From a virus: a stretch of 42,240 bases of DNA. The stretch lies in the UHGV virus genome UHGV-0128348; one strand, written 5' to 3'. Shown in pieces: positions 26,520 through 35,020 of the stretch. The notes beneath the pieces were generated by a model. It saw only the letters and a list, made by a program, of their open reading frames with translations. It was not told where the DNA came from and did not search any database. Within the stretch, counting starts at the first letter, position 1, and each line of letters begins with the position of its first letter. The position numbers were made by a program, and so were the translations under genes.

Positions 26520-27427
26520 CCCCGGAACCCCCGTGGAATAGTGGTTTGTACTGGACTAATTGAATTAACATCCCGCGGTCTGGTTTTGTCCCACAACTCC
26601 CTTGGCGGGCGGCCTTTGGCATCCCAACGGATAGCGCTTTGCAGATATCCCTCGAATTTTTTAGGGCCGAAAAGTGTCTCGGGTCGCATGTACTGGTATT
26701 GCTCGTCGTTGCCATGCCAGTGCTCATGCTTAACGTCGATTACCAGTTTCAAGTCGCTAACGGTATGACCTTCGCGGAGGCGGGCGCGAATGTTCTCCAG
26801 TGAGGTCTTAGATTTCTGGTAACGGGAACCGCTGACCAGATTCAGGTGTGCCAGAACTTCGATCGCGTTATCGGTAATAACAACTTCAGGATCCGGCTTA
26901 TCGTCGGGTTCCGCAGGAGCCCGACAAGAAGGTTTTTTAGATGACGGATCTAATGACGGATCTAATGACGGATCGCCTTCAACCATTGAGGGGTCCTCCC
27001 GCAATATTTGAGGGGGTACAGACCCATTATTTGAGGCATCAGAATTTGACCCCTCAAATTTTGAACCCTCAAATTCTGAGGCATCAAATTTTGATTGTTC
27101 ACGTGGCGTTGCGTAGAAGATTTTTGCTTCAGCTGCTGCACGTTCCAGCATGTCAACATTGAGTTTATAAACGTTCGAATTATTCTTTCCGCCCACGCGC
27201 CGTTCCTGCTTCTTCAGCCAGCCTTTAGCCTGAAGCTTTTTGATAGCGCTGCGGACAGTATTCTCGCTCTTTGCGCCGATCTGTCGCTGAATAGTGGTTA
27301 CCGCTGGCCATGACACCCCTTCGTCATTACTGAAGTCTGCCAGGCGAGCCATGACCGCTATTTCAGAGATTATCAGCCCTTTGAAAGCGCATGCTTCCCA
27401 TACGAGGCCGTGTAATTTACTGCTCAT
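26516..27427 (-). CDS. replication initiator (lambda O-like; N-terminal HTH, conserved phage C-terminus)
   Basis: 303-aa ORF; N-terminal ...WPAVTTIQRQIGAKSENTVRSAIKKLQAKGWL...; central low-complexity linker encoded by iteron-like repeats. Confidence 0.7.
   Translation of the reverse strand: MSSKLHGLVWEACAFKGLIISEIAVMARLADFSNDEGVSWPAVTTIQRQIGAKSENTVRSAIKKLQAKGWLKKQERRVGGKNNSNVYKLNVDMLERAAAEAKIFYATPREQSKFDASEFEGSKFEGSNSDASNNGSVPPQILREDPSMVEGDPSLDPSLDPSSKKPSCRAPAEPDDKPDPEVVITDNAIEVLAHLNLVSGSRYQKSKTSLENIRARLREGHTVSDLKLVIDVKHEHWHGNDEQYQYMRPETLFGPKKFEGYLQSAIRWDAKGRPPRELWDKTRPRDVNSISPVQTTIPRGFRG
26941..27094. repeat. putative origin of replication: tandem 12-bp repeats plus iteron-like inverted/direct repeats inside the O-like gene
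   Basis: ATGACGGATCTA x3 (26941..26976); ATTTGAGGGGG / CCCCTCAAATT inverted copies and TGAGGCATCA(G)AATTTGA direct copies (27005..27094). Confidence 0.55.
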
Positions 27428-27596
27428 GGCTGCCCTCTACTTCCCTGAACTTGCGTTGAAACTGATCGAGTGGGCTAAAGCACTCGTGGGAATAGCCTTC
27501 CCGCAGGTAGATGACGCGACGTGTCTCAGGCTCCCAGCGGATAACTCTGACTGGATTGCCATAGTGGTCTTTGAACTTCCGGTTAACTTCTCGCAT
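27417..27596 (-). CDS. hypothetical small basic protein
   Basis: 59-aa ORF (MREVNRKFKDHYGNPVRVIRW...) with GGAGG RBS; overlaps O-like start by 11 nt; below ORF-track size cutoff. Confidence 0.35.
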   Translation of the reverse strand: MREVNRKFKDHYGNPVRVIRWEPETRRVIYLREGYSHECFSPLDQFQRKFREVEGSHEQ

Positions 27597-27768
27597 AGCG
27601 CTTTAGCCCTCCGGTTAAAGACCCCCACAACTCCGCGTGCCCGACTGTGGTTACACTCGACCCATTTACCGCATACCATGCGCTCATACCGAAACGACGA
27701 AACACCCGGGATCGGGTACATCCGTAGTTGCGGTAATTGAAGATTTACGATTAAATTGCTCATGCGGA

Positions 27769-28320
27769 TTATTTCTCCATACACAAAGATTTATTCGCCA
27801 CGACGCCCGGAGCTGCACACTCGCGGGCGTCACTCTTTTCTGGCTGGCAAAAGACACGGAAAAGCAATGTCAAATGTTCCTGCCATTTCGCCATCACCTG
27901 ATAACTGTTCTCCTCGATCTGCTCGCGTTCTTCCTGGTCAATAACACCGTCAGCTGTAGCTTTACGGAGATACTGTGAGTGCTTTCCGATCCACTCGATA
28001 GACTCCATCAGGCGCTGGTTAATATCGGCGTTGTCCACATCCTCAATGTCTGCCAGCGGCACAAAGACCCCGTTCGAGTGGCGCGCTATCGCATTGGCGA
28101 TATGATTCGTCCCACCAGCACGCTGTAGAACCATTGCCCAGCCGAGAGGGAAAATTTGATCACCATCGGCACGTAAGCGGTTAAACAATGCGTTTTCAGT
28201 AACGCCAAGCCATTCAGCTGCTTCTGCATACCCCCCGTCCAAATCAGTGATCGTTTTTTTAATCGCAGCTACCAGCCAAGCTGGCTGCTTATCAACTTTC
28301 CATTCTGGTTCTATACCCAC
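27769..28320 (-). CDS. early regulatory protein at the cII position (CII/YdaT-like)
   Basis: 183-aa ORF downstream of cro-like gene with ...YAEAAEWLGVTENALFNRL... HTH-like segment. Confidence 0.45.
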   Translation of the reverse strand: MGIEPEWKVDKQPAWLVAAIKKTITDLDGGYAEAAEWLGVTENALFNRLRADGDQIFPLGWAMVLQRAGGTNHIANAIARHSNGVFVPLADIEDVDNADINQRLMESIEWIGKHSQYLRKATADGVIDQEEREQIEENSYQVMAKWQEHLTLLFRVFCQPEKSDARECAAPGVVANKSLCMEK

Positions 28321-28349
28321 GGCTTACCCCCCTACCTCTGTGGTTTCTG

Positions 28350-28580
28350 TTACACCCCTGAAGCGCTATCGTTCTGATTAGCACCCTCGCCATAGAGCAA
28401 CCAATGAGGATCGCAATGCAGGGCTGAAGACAATTCAATGATGTAACGGGGTCTCTTTGTTAAACCCGCCTCGATCGCTTGTAATGACTGCTGGGTCATT
28501 CCGACCAATTCAGCCAATTGCGCTTGTGAGAGATTCATCTCTTCACGTTTATTCTTTAATCTTTGAGAAATTGATTCCAT
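28350..28580 (-). CDS. Cro-like HTH repressor (XRE family)
   Basis: 76-aa ORF ...LSQAQLAELVGMTQQSLQAIEAG...; divergent from cI-like gene. Confidence 0.7.
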   Translation of the reverse strand: MESISQRLKNKREEMNLSQAQLAELVGMTQQSLQAIEAGLTKRPRYIIELSSALHCDPHWLLYGEGANQNDSASGV

Positions 28581-28584
28581 AACA

Positions 28585-28650
28585 CCTCCACAGTTTTATC
28601 TGTATTTTTGAACAGATACTACTGTTTGTCAATCACAGTTTAAACTGTGA
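28585..28650. promoter_or_regulatory. OR-like operator/promoter region between cro and cI
   Basis: Clustered palindromes ACAGTTTTATCTGT, ATCTGT-N8-ACAGAT, perfect CACAGTTTAAACTGTG. Confidence 0.6.
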
Positions 28651-28677
28651 CCATGAGGCCATGGGAATGGAGGAGCT

Positions 28678-29310
28678 ATGAGCCTTGCAGAACGCGTAAA
28701 ACAAAAAAGAATCGAACTTGGTCTTACTCAAGAGCAAGCAGCTGAAAAGGCAGGAATAAGGCAACAATCATGGGCCAGCATTGAGGATGGAAAAACTAAA
28801 AAGCCTCGCAACATAGTAGGAATAAGCAAAGCACTTAAGTGCGACCCAACATGGTTGATGAACGGTGGGCCTTTCATGGCTCTGGACGATGTGAATTCAA
28901 GGAAAGTACCTTTGATCAGTTACGTCCAGGCTGGAGCGTTAGCAGAAAAACACCCTATTGATGCATTTGATGGTAGCTTCGAATACATCATGACTGACCT
29001 TGATATTTCTGAGTTTACTTTTGCACTAAGGATAGAAGGTGATTCAATGGAGCCTGACTTTAAAGAAGGCGACATTATCATTGTTGATCCAGAGTTAGAG
29101 CCCGTTCCGGGCGAATTTGTTGTTGCTAAAAATGGTGAAAATGAGGCTACTTTTAAAAAGTACCGTCCTACATTTACCGATATTTCAGGCCGCCAGCAAT
29201 ATGAACTGGTCCCCCTTAATGACGACTACCCCACCATTAATAGCTCTGAACGCCCGTTGAAAATTATCGGCGTAATGGTCGAACATAGAATTTACAGGCG
29301 AAAAAGGTAA
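28678..29310 (+). CDS. CI-like repressor (HTH plus S24 LexA-type autopeptidase domain)
   Basis: 210-aa ORF; N-terminal HTH ...LGLTQEQAAEKAGIRQQSWASIEDG...; C-terminal ...GDSMEP... Ser and downstream Lys; GGAGG RBS. Confidence 0.8.
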   Translation: MSLAERVKQKRIELGLTQEQAAEKAGIRQQSWASIEDGKTKKPRNIVGISKALKCDPTWLMNGGPFMALDDVNSRKVPLISYVQAGALAEKHPIDAFDGSFEYIMTDLDISEFTFALRIEGDSMEPDFKEGDIIIVDPELEPVPGEFVVAKNGENEATFKKYRPTFTDISGRQQYELVPLNDDYPTINSSERPLKIIGVMVEHRIYRRKR

Positions 29311-29326
29311 ATCCTTCCTCACATGA

Positions 29327-29351
29327 ACCGGCCGGCGCCGGTTTTTTTACG
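29327..29351 (+). terminator. rho-independent terminator after cI
   Basis: Hairpin AACCGGC-CGGC-GCCGGTT followed by T7. Confidence 0.55.
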
Positions 29352-29410
29352 TCTTTAGTTTCATAAAAAACAATAAATTACAGTTTTTTTAGTATAGATC
29401 ATCACTCAAT

Positions 29411-29455
29411 ACAGTTTTGACTGTTGACGCATTAACAGTTTTATCTGTATTATTA
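29411..29455 (+). promoter_or_regulatory. OL/pL-like promoter with overlapping operators
   Basis: TTGACG (29424..29429) and TATTAT (29448..29453) with operator half-site repeats ACAGTTTTGACTGT and AACAGTTTTATCTGT. Confidence 0.55.
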
Positions 29456-29556
29456 ATTCATCAACAGCGAACAGGCAGGACGCCCACGAAGTAGCCGCCC
29501 GGGGCATATGAAGACCAGGATGATTCGCTAACAGATAAACCAAATAGGAACAGAAC

Positions 29557-29790
29557 ATGGCGAGCAAAGGCATTGAAAACCTTATCAAGGACGCATTAGC
29601 AAACGGCTGTCATGTAGTCCGTAAAGCGCATCGCTTCGAAGTAAGCAAGAAAGGCAAAAAATCAATCACTCTTATTATTTGTGAAGATGGCACAGCTTAC
29701 CGCGGAGATATTGACCTAACGATCGCCATAGCCATTCGCACTCAAAAAGAAATGCGTAGCGTCCTCGGCCTGCCGGCTAAGGCAATTTAA
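29557..29790 (+). CDS. hypothetical small protein, first gene of early-left operon (N position, not N-like)
   Basis: 77-aa ORF with AGGAA RBS; no Arg-rich N-terminal motif. Confidence 0.5.
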   Translation: MASKGIENLIKDALANGCHVVRKAHRFEVSKKGKKSITLIICEDGTAYRGDIDLTIAIAIRTQKEMRSVLGLPAKAI

Positions 29791-29799
29791 TTACCTCAG

Positions 29800-30700
29800 G
29801 TGTCTTCGGGAGGGGTTGCGGAGCTGGATTGACCACCAGCAACAGAAACTCACCCGACATACAGCAGCCGTTTAACCCACGGCGTCGGGGGTCCAGTAGA
29901 CCTGGATTAATACTGTAGGGGTTGTGCCGGTTGGTCGCCGGCGCCCCGCCCGAAGATACCTGATCGAACATGGCGAAAGCCGACAGCGTTGAAGGCGATT
30001 TTCTCGGTTTGCGCGCTAAACAATAGCGGGGGTGAAATCGGGGCGGAGAAGCAGAATCCGCGATGTCGGGACTTGATACTTCCGGCCATACCAACAAGCC
30101 GAATGATCGCGTAACGATCCTTTGCATCTGCCCCGGCGAGGTGGCGCCGCCGGACCGGGGTAGATGAATCGTACACAACATGAAAGCGCATTCCATCTTC
30201 ATACGTCGTGGGGACTGGTTTGTAACTGAAGGAGTGCGCTTCCAGTTGTGAACGGCAATATTCACGACCGTTGTATGGCACATGCAGCGTTAGCAGCCCG
30301 GATGGTTCCCTTGAAGTTCCATGCGCTATCCGGACAACTGGAATGTGCAAGCTAAGTGTTTCAGGCACGACGTGCGCCCCACCAGCGCGGCGAAAAGGTG
30401 TGACGCCCGGGAAGAGTCCGGGACACAACGATGAGGGCATTGACGAGCAAGGCACAGAGTCTGGTTCGATTCCAGACGCCAGGATAGTTCTATATCTGGT
30501 GATGGGCAGGGAAAAGGTCCGTTCGATTCGGACACCGGCAGTGCTCTCTTCGTTGTGGTAATTGCGGCTATGCGCACGTGACGAGCCAAACCCGTTCATT
30601 GAATGCGTTTCCGGGCAGTGTACGTCGCCGGTTATGGCTTAACCCGGCAGGTGGAGGCACCACCGCCACAACCTAGTTAACTGTGCTGTGTGTAGTCTTG
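29800..30700 (+). other. GC-rich segment without convincing ORFs; candidate structured noncoding RNA or leader
   Basis: About 0.9 kb with only short or overlapping low-complexity ORFs; many local hairpins; two tRNA T-arm-like hairpins at 30460..30476 and 30517..30533. Confidence 0.4.
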
Positions 30701-30770
30701 GCGGTTATCCAGTTTTCCACTATCCAAAGGAGGAAGAGGATAACGTTCTGATGGATAACCGCCCTTTTTA
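30700..30770 (+). terminator. large terminator-like hairpin with T-run (tL-like)
   Basis: GGCGGTTATCCA ... TGGATAACCGCC 12-bp perfect stem then CTTTTT. Confidence 0.5.
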
Positions 30771-30908
30771 CACAATACACAAGAGCATCACCGGGCGACG
30801 GGCTCATAACCCAATCCACCCGGGCGGCGTCCTAACCGCAGGTGCTCTTCTGTGTTGTGTACGGAGAAATTCCCGGCGGTGGCAGCCGCCTTTCGAGAGG
30901 GTAAAACC

Positions 30909-31280
30909 ATGAGTAATGATCGCATGACAGTCGTGCCCGATTTCCTGGGCGAACTGGACGCCGGCGTATTCATGAACAAGATTGCGGCGGCTCTGAATAC
31001 CACCGCGCTCGGCGTTCTGAACAACGGCAACAAAGGCAAAGTAGTCCTGACCTTTGATTTTGAGCGTATGGGCAACTCTGTTGAAGAGAAGCGCGTCAAG
31101 ATTAAGCACAAGCTGAACTACAGCACCCCAACTCCCCGCGGCAAAGCGTCGGAAGAGGACACCACCGAAACACCAATGTGGGTCAATAAAGGCGGCAAGC
31201 TCACCATCCTGCAGGAGGATCAAGGGCAACTCTTCGGTATCACCGGCACGGTGGACGGAAAGCTTAAAGCGGCTCAGTGA
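30909..31280 (+). CDS. hypothetical early phage protein
   Basis: ATG 30909 with GAGAGGG RBS inside ORF 30852..31280; about 123 aa. Confidence 0.55.
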   Translation: MSNDRMTVVPDFLGELDAGVFMNKIAAALNTTALGVLNNGNKGKVVLTFDFERMGNSVEEKRVKIKHKLNYSTPTPRGKASEEDTTETPMWVNKGGKLTILQEDQGQLFGITGTVDGKLKAAQ

Positions 31281-31336
31281 TCCGCACGCACAAATTCACT
31301 GATACCACTTCGCTAATCAGTTAATAAGGAATTTTT

Positions 31337-32164
31337 ATGTCTCAGTTAGACAGCGGTACTTTTCAGCAGGTTAAAGACCTGGTGCTTTCCGGTTATCACC
31401 TGAACGATATCCACGGTCTGGCCTGCCCGACCGCCCTGTTACCACAAAATACAAGCGTTGAAAGCCTGGAGCGTTTTTCTTATGAGCGCTTCCGTTTCCG
31501 TGGAGCCATGGACACAACCAGTATTGATGATTTCGTTCGCTATTCTGTTGGTTATGCCCAGGAAGAAGAAAAAGCCCGCTGCTTTATCGATGCGGACAAC
31601 ATGCTGGCCCGTTCTATCTTCAACATCGGTACGCTGGATAATCCCGGGCACGCTGATAACGTCGCCTCGATCAAGCTGAAGAAAACAGCCCCATTCCGCG
31701 CGCTGCTGTCGATCAACGGGGATCACCTTAACCAGAAGCAAATCGCCGAATGGCTGGAAGACTGGAGTGATTACCTGATTGCATTCGATGCCGACGGTAA
31801 CACGATGAAAATCGCCCAGGCCGCGCAGGCAGTTCGCCGCGTCACCATCCAGCAAACTAATGCCTCCGATCATGAAGATGGTGATTTCAGTGGCAAAAAG
31901 TCGCTGATGCAGAGTATCGAAGCCAGCAGTAAAGACGTGATGCCGGTGGCGTTCGAGTTCAAATGTGTGCCGTATGAAGGACTCGGAGAACGTGCATTCA
32001 GCCTGCGCAACAGCCTGCTGAAAAGTAATGATCCGGTATTCGTCATGCGTATCGTCCAGTTGGAAGCCCAGGAAGAAGCGATCGCCAATGAGTTCCGCGA
32101 CCTGTTGATCGGTAAGTTCGACGGTAAGCCTGTCGAGGCCTTCATCGGTACTTTCAAAGCCTAA
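31337..32164 (+). CDS. hypothetical phage protein (possibly DUF2303/YfdQ-like)
   Basis: 275-aa ORF; family assignment from memory only. Confidence 0.5.
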   Translation: MSQLDSGTFQQVKDLVLSGYHLNDIHGLACPTALLPQNTSVESLERFSYERFRFRGAMDTTSIDDFVRYSVGYAQEEEKARCFIDADNMLARSIFNIGTLDNPGHADNVASIKLKKTAPFRALLSINGDHLNQKQIAEWLEDWSDYLIAFDADGNTMKIAQAAQAVRRVTIQQTNASDHEDGDFSGKKSLMQSIEASSKDVMPVAFEFKCVPYEGLGERAFSLRNSLLKSNDPVFVMRIVQLEAQEEAIANEFRDLLIGKFDGKPVEAFIGTFKA

Positions 32165-32287
32165 GCCTGATTGCTCAGCCTTAAATCTCCGCTGCTGCGG
32201 GGATTTATTGAAGCGTAATCCTGTAATTAATCGCCACCTGGCGAGGGATTCCTACACCCAAAAAACAGCGCTGTGCAGGCGTAAAGT

Positions 32288-32827
32288 ATGGAGAAAAAAA
32301 TGAGCTTTATTCAAACCTTTTCAGGCAAACATTTTAACTATCTCGACATCCAGCAAGACGCCATCGAGATCGAAGATATTGCTAATGCACTCTCGAACAT
32401 CTGCCGCTTTGCCGGTCACCTGCCTGAGTTCTATAGCGTCGGCCAGCACAGCGTTTTAACAAGCCAACTGGTACCTCAAGAATTTGCGCTTGAAGCGCTG
32501 CTGCATGACGCCGCCGAGGCATATTTGCAGGATATCCCTGCCCCATTGAAACGCCTTCTTCCTGACTACCGCGCCATTGAAGATCAGGTTGATGCAGCTA
32601 TTCGCCAAAAATTCGGCCTGCCGGCTGAGCAGCACCCAACCGTTAAATATGCCGACCTGGTGATGCTGGCCAGCGAACGTCGCGACTTTGAGATCGACGA
32701 CGGCACCCACTGGCCGATGCTCGACGGCGTCATTCCTACTGACCAGTTTGTGATTAACCCCGTCCGCCCGGGCCAGTCTTACGGCATGTTCATGAACCGC
32801 TTTAACCAACTGATGGAGCGGCGCTAA
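32288..32827 (+). CDS. HD-domain phosphohydrolase (YfdR-like)
   Basis: 179-aa ORF with ...GQHS... and ...LLHDAAEAY... HD motif elements. Confidence 0.6.
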   Translation: MEKKMSFIQTFSGKHFNYLDIQQDAIEIEDIANALSNICRFAGHLPEFYSVGQHSVLTSQLVPQEFALEALLHDAAEAYLQDIPAPLKRLLPDYRAIEDQVDAAIRQKFGLPAEQHPTVKYADLVMLASERRDFEIDDGTHWPMLDGVIPTDQFVINPVRPGQSYGMFMNRFNQLMERR

Positions 32828-33027
32828 TGGCACATGTGAAAGTGAAAGAATTGGTTGCTGCAGCATACGCTGCAGCACCTGACCTACCACCAGCAGCAGC
32901 ACAATTAATGCAAGACATAGCGTCAAGGCTGGATGTGACCTTTGTCGCCCTTACAGAGGCAATGGACCAGAACACCGCTATGGCCGCGATGATAGCGAAC
33001 CTGAGCGAGGAAAACAGAAATGGCTAA
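32827..33027 (+). CDS. hypothetical small protein
   Basis: 66-aa Ala-rich ORF with overlapping start/stop. Confidence 0.35.
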   Translation: MAHVKVKELVAAAYAAAPDLPPAAAQLMQDIASRLDVTFVALTEAMDQNTAMAAMIANLSEENRNG

Positions 33028-33805
33028 AAACTCGATCGATGCTTATGGCGCCAGCGGCAAGACAAACGTTCTGATGTTTGAGCCGGAAAATCTGCATATT
33101 GTCACTGACAAGGCACACCCGCTTTACGATGAGCGTATTCACTTACCTCTCAGTGAGGCAATGGTGCTGAACATCATAGACCAGGGTGTTCTGGAGCCGA
33201 TTATTGTGTGGAAAGACCCGGAAACGGGGATGTCCTGTGTGGTCGATGGCCGTCAGCGCGTCCGTCATACCCTGGAAGCTAACAGTCGTCTTGCAAAAGA
33301 GGGTAAAAACCCGCTGCTGGTTCCGGCGGTCACTAAACGCGGTTCTGCTGTTCGCATGGCGCAGGCAATGGTCAGCGCAAACGAAATCCGCCAGGCCGAC
33401 ACACCGCTGGGCCGAGCCAAAAAGATGGCTGATGCGCTGGAGCGCGGGCATGACGAGGAAGACCTCGCACTGATGTTCGGCGTCAGCGTCCCCACTGTAC
33501 GCGCAACACTATCACTGCTGGATGCCACTCAGGCAGTCAAAGACGCGGTAGAGTCCGGCACAGTGACCGTTACCCAGGCGCGTCAACTTGCATCACTGAA
33601 ACCGGAAGAACAGCGGGAAAAGGTAGCCGAAATCGAAGCGGCGACCGCTGGTACCAAAGGCCACGAAAAAGCCCGTCGGCAACGTCAGATACTCGGTGAA
33701 GCAAAGCCGCGTATCAAATCACGCAAGGAAATTGCAAAAGCCCTCGAAGATGCCAGCGGCGAATATGCCGAGGCTCTTCTCTGGGTACTTGGGGAGGCGA
33801 AATGA
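33020..33805 (+). CDS. ParB-like nuclease domain protein
   Basis: 261-aa ORF with N-terminal ...EPIIVWKDPETGMSCVVDGRQRVRH... ParB/Srx-like motif. Confidence 0.65.
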   Translation: MAKNSIDAYGASGKTNVLMFEPENLHIVTDKAHPLYDERIHLPLSEAMVLNIIDQGVLEPIIVWKDPETGMSCVVDGRQRVRHTLEANSRLAKEGKNPLLVPAVTKRGSAVRMAQAMVSANEIRQADTPLGRAKKMADALERGHDEEDLALMFGVSVPTVRATLSLLDATQAVKDAVESGTVTVTQARQLASLKPEEQREKVAEIEAATAGTKGHEKARRQRQILGEAKPRIKSRKEIAKALEDASGEYAEALLWVLGEAK

Positions 33806-33932
33806 ACTTTGAACCTGAAAATTACAGCCGGCGCGCCCTTCTCTGGTTTGCTGCACTGGCCAGTGTTGTCGGGTGGGTTGCAGTAGTCGCTGTAATCTGG
33901 GGCGTATGCATCATGATCGAATGGGTGACAGC

Positions 33933-34241
33933 ATGAAAGAACTGAAATTTTACGGTGCCAGTGATGACCTTTTCGAGTGCGAAGGTGCAATTCGTGAAGA
34001 GATCTGCATGTACAGCAACCCTGGAGTTTATCACCTCAAGTCATCTGAAGGTGAGATGCTCGTTACTGCCTGCTATACGGACGAGGGATGCTGGGCTATT
34101 GGCGTTGGCCAGGTCAATGAAGAAACCCAACTTCCAGCATGGCCGGCATCTTTCAGTCAGCATGACCGTGGTTATAGCGTGGTTCTAACATTACAGGTTC
34201 CTGACGACACTGAATTGGTGCTGGAGGATAGCGATGACTGA
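33933..34241 (+). CDS. hypothetical protein
   Basis: Probable start at internal ATG 33933 (MKELKFYGASDD...) within ORF 33873..34241. Confidence 0.45.
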   Translation: MKELKFYGASDDLFECEGAIREEICMYSNPGVYHLKSSEGEMLVTACYTDEGCWAIGVGQVNEETQLPAWPASFSQHDRGYSVVLTLQVPDDTELVLEDSDD

Positions 34242-34848
34242 TATCACCGTACTGGCGCAGAGCCTGAAAGTGGCAGCAGAGAATGCTATTGGGGCGCATG
34301 AACGGCTCGCAGCATATCCATATGGTGAGATTATCGATATCTCTCAGCATGAAGGTGAACTGATTGATATCGATATCACTGATCTGAATGAATTCAACAA
34401 AGAAGCCAACCCGGTAAACATCCTCGCGCTGGTAGAGGCGCTGGAGAAGTCAGAATTACGGCTTCATGAAGTCGCCGTGGCGTGCGCAACAGCAGAGCAG
34501 GCGCTGGAGAAGGCGCAGCAGAGAAACTCAGAACTTGAAGCGCAAAACGAATATATCCGTAAGCGCTATCAGCAGCTCGATCTGCTGATCGGGAAAGATA
34601 TCCTGGTTATGCAGGCCGCAATCATCGAATGGCAGGCCACTGGCGATGCTAAAAACGGGCTGGCGTGGATTTATAACACGCTCTTCGGGCCAGGCGAATT
34701 GCCTGATGAAGCGGAGAAAGACGCACAGGCATATTTCGACCGCAAATATGCTCCGCTCGATGAAGAGCTCATGGCGCTTCACAAGTGGTTTTGGGAACAA
34801 AGCGAGGCTGAACGTGCCGCCGCTGGCATCAAGGTGGAGGCTGAGTGA
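34234..34848 (+). CDS. Ead/Ea22-like protein
   Basis: 204-aa acidic coiled-coil ORF typical of lambdoid Ea22-like proteins. Confidence 0.55.
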   Translation: MTDITVLAQSLKVAAENAIGAHERLAAYPYGEIIDISQHEGELIDIDITDLNEFNKEANPVNILALVEALEKSELRLHEVAVACATAEQALEKAQQRNSELEAQNEYIRKRYQQLDLLIGKDILVMQAAIIEWQATGDAKNGLAWIYNTLFGPGELPDEAEKDAQAYFDRKYAPLDEELMALHKWFWEQSEAERAAAGIKVEAE

Positions 34849-35020
34849 TGCGTAAAACATCAATAGCAATCTCAATGGCGCTTGCCTCGATAGGTACAGT
34901 TTCTTTGGCGTCGGAAAGTACCATTTACACACTTCAGCCGCAATCATATCCGGTTTCAAATCGTCATACTGGGAAGGCGGCAGAGCGCCGAAACGCCAAG
35001 CGCCGCAGGAGAGCAAAGAA

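Noticed and set aside
27437-27784. 115-aa minus-strand ORF between the O-like and cII-position genes
   Set aside because: Overlaps the end of the upstream gene with no RBS; replaced by the shorter 59-aa ORF (27417-27596) with a GGAGG RBS, itself low confidence.
30460-30533. Two T-arm-like hairpins as genuine tRNA genes
   Set aside because: No complementary 5' acceptor strand, D-arm or anticodon arm could be placed at tRNA spacing; kept only as motifs within the candidate structured region.
29777-30599. Overlapping minus-strand ORFs of 168 and 230 aa
   Set aside because: Overlap each other in different frames; translations are low-complexity Ser/Arg/Gly/Pro-rich; typical spurious frames in GC-rich DNA, though a decayed gene cannot be fully excluded.
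30688-30912. 74-aa plus-strand ORF
   Set aside because: Lies across the terminator hairpin and runs into the next gene's RBS; translation not protein-like.
33803-33937. 44-codon plus-strand ORF encoding a small membrane peptide (MNFEPENYSRRALLWFAALASVVGW...)
   Set aside because: Start/stop coupling to the neighbouring genes makes it plausible, but it is below the size where composition alone is convincing.
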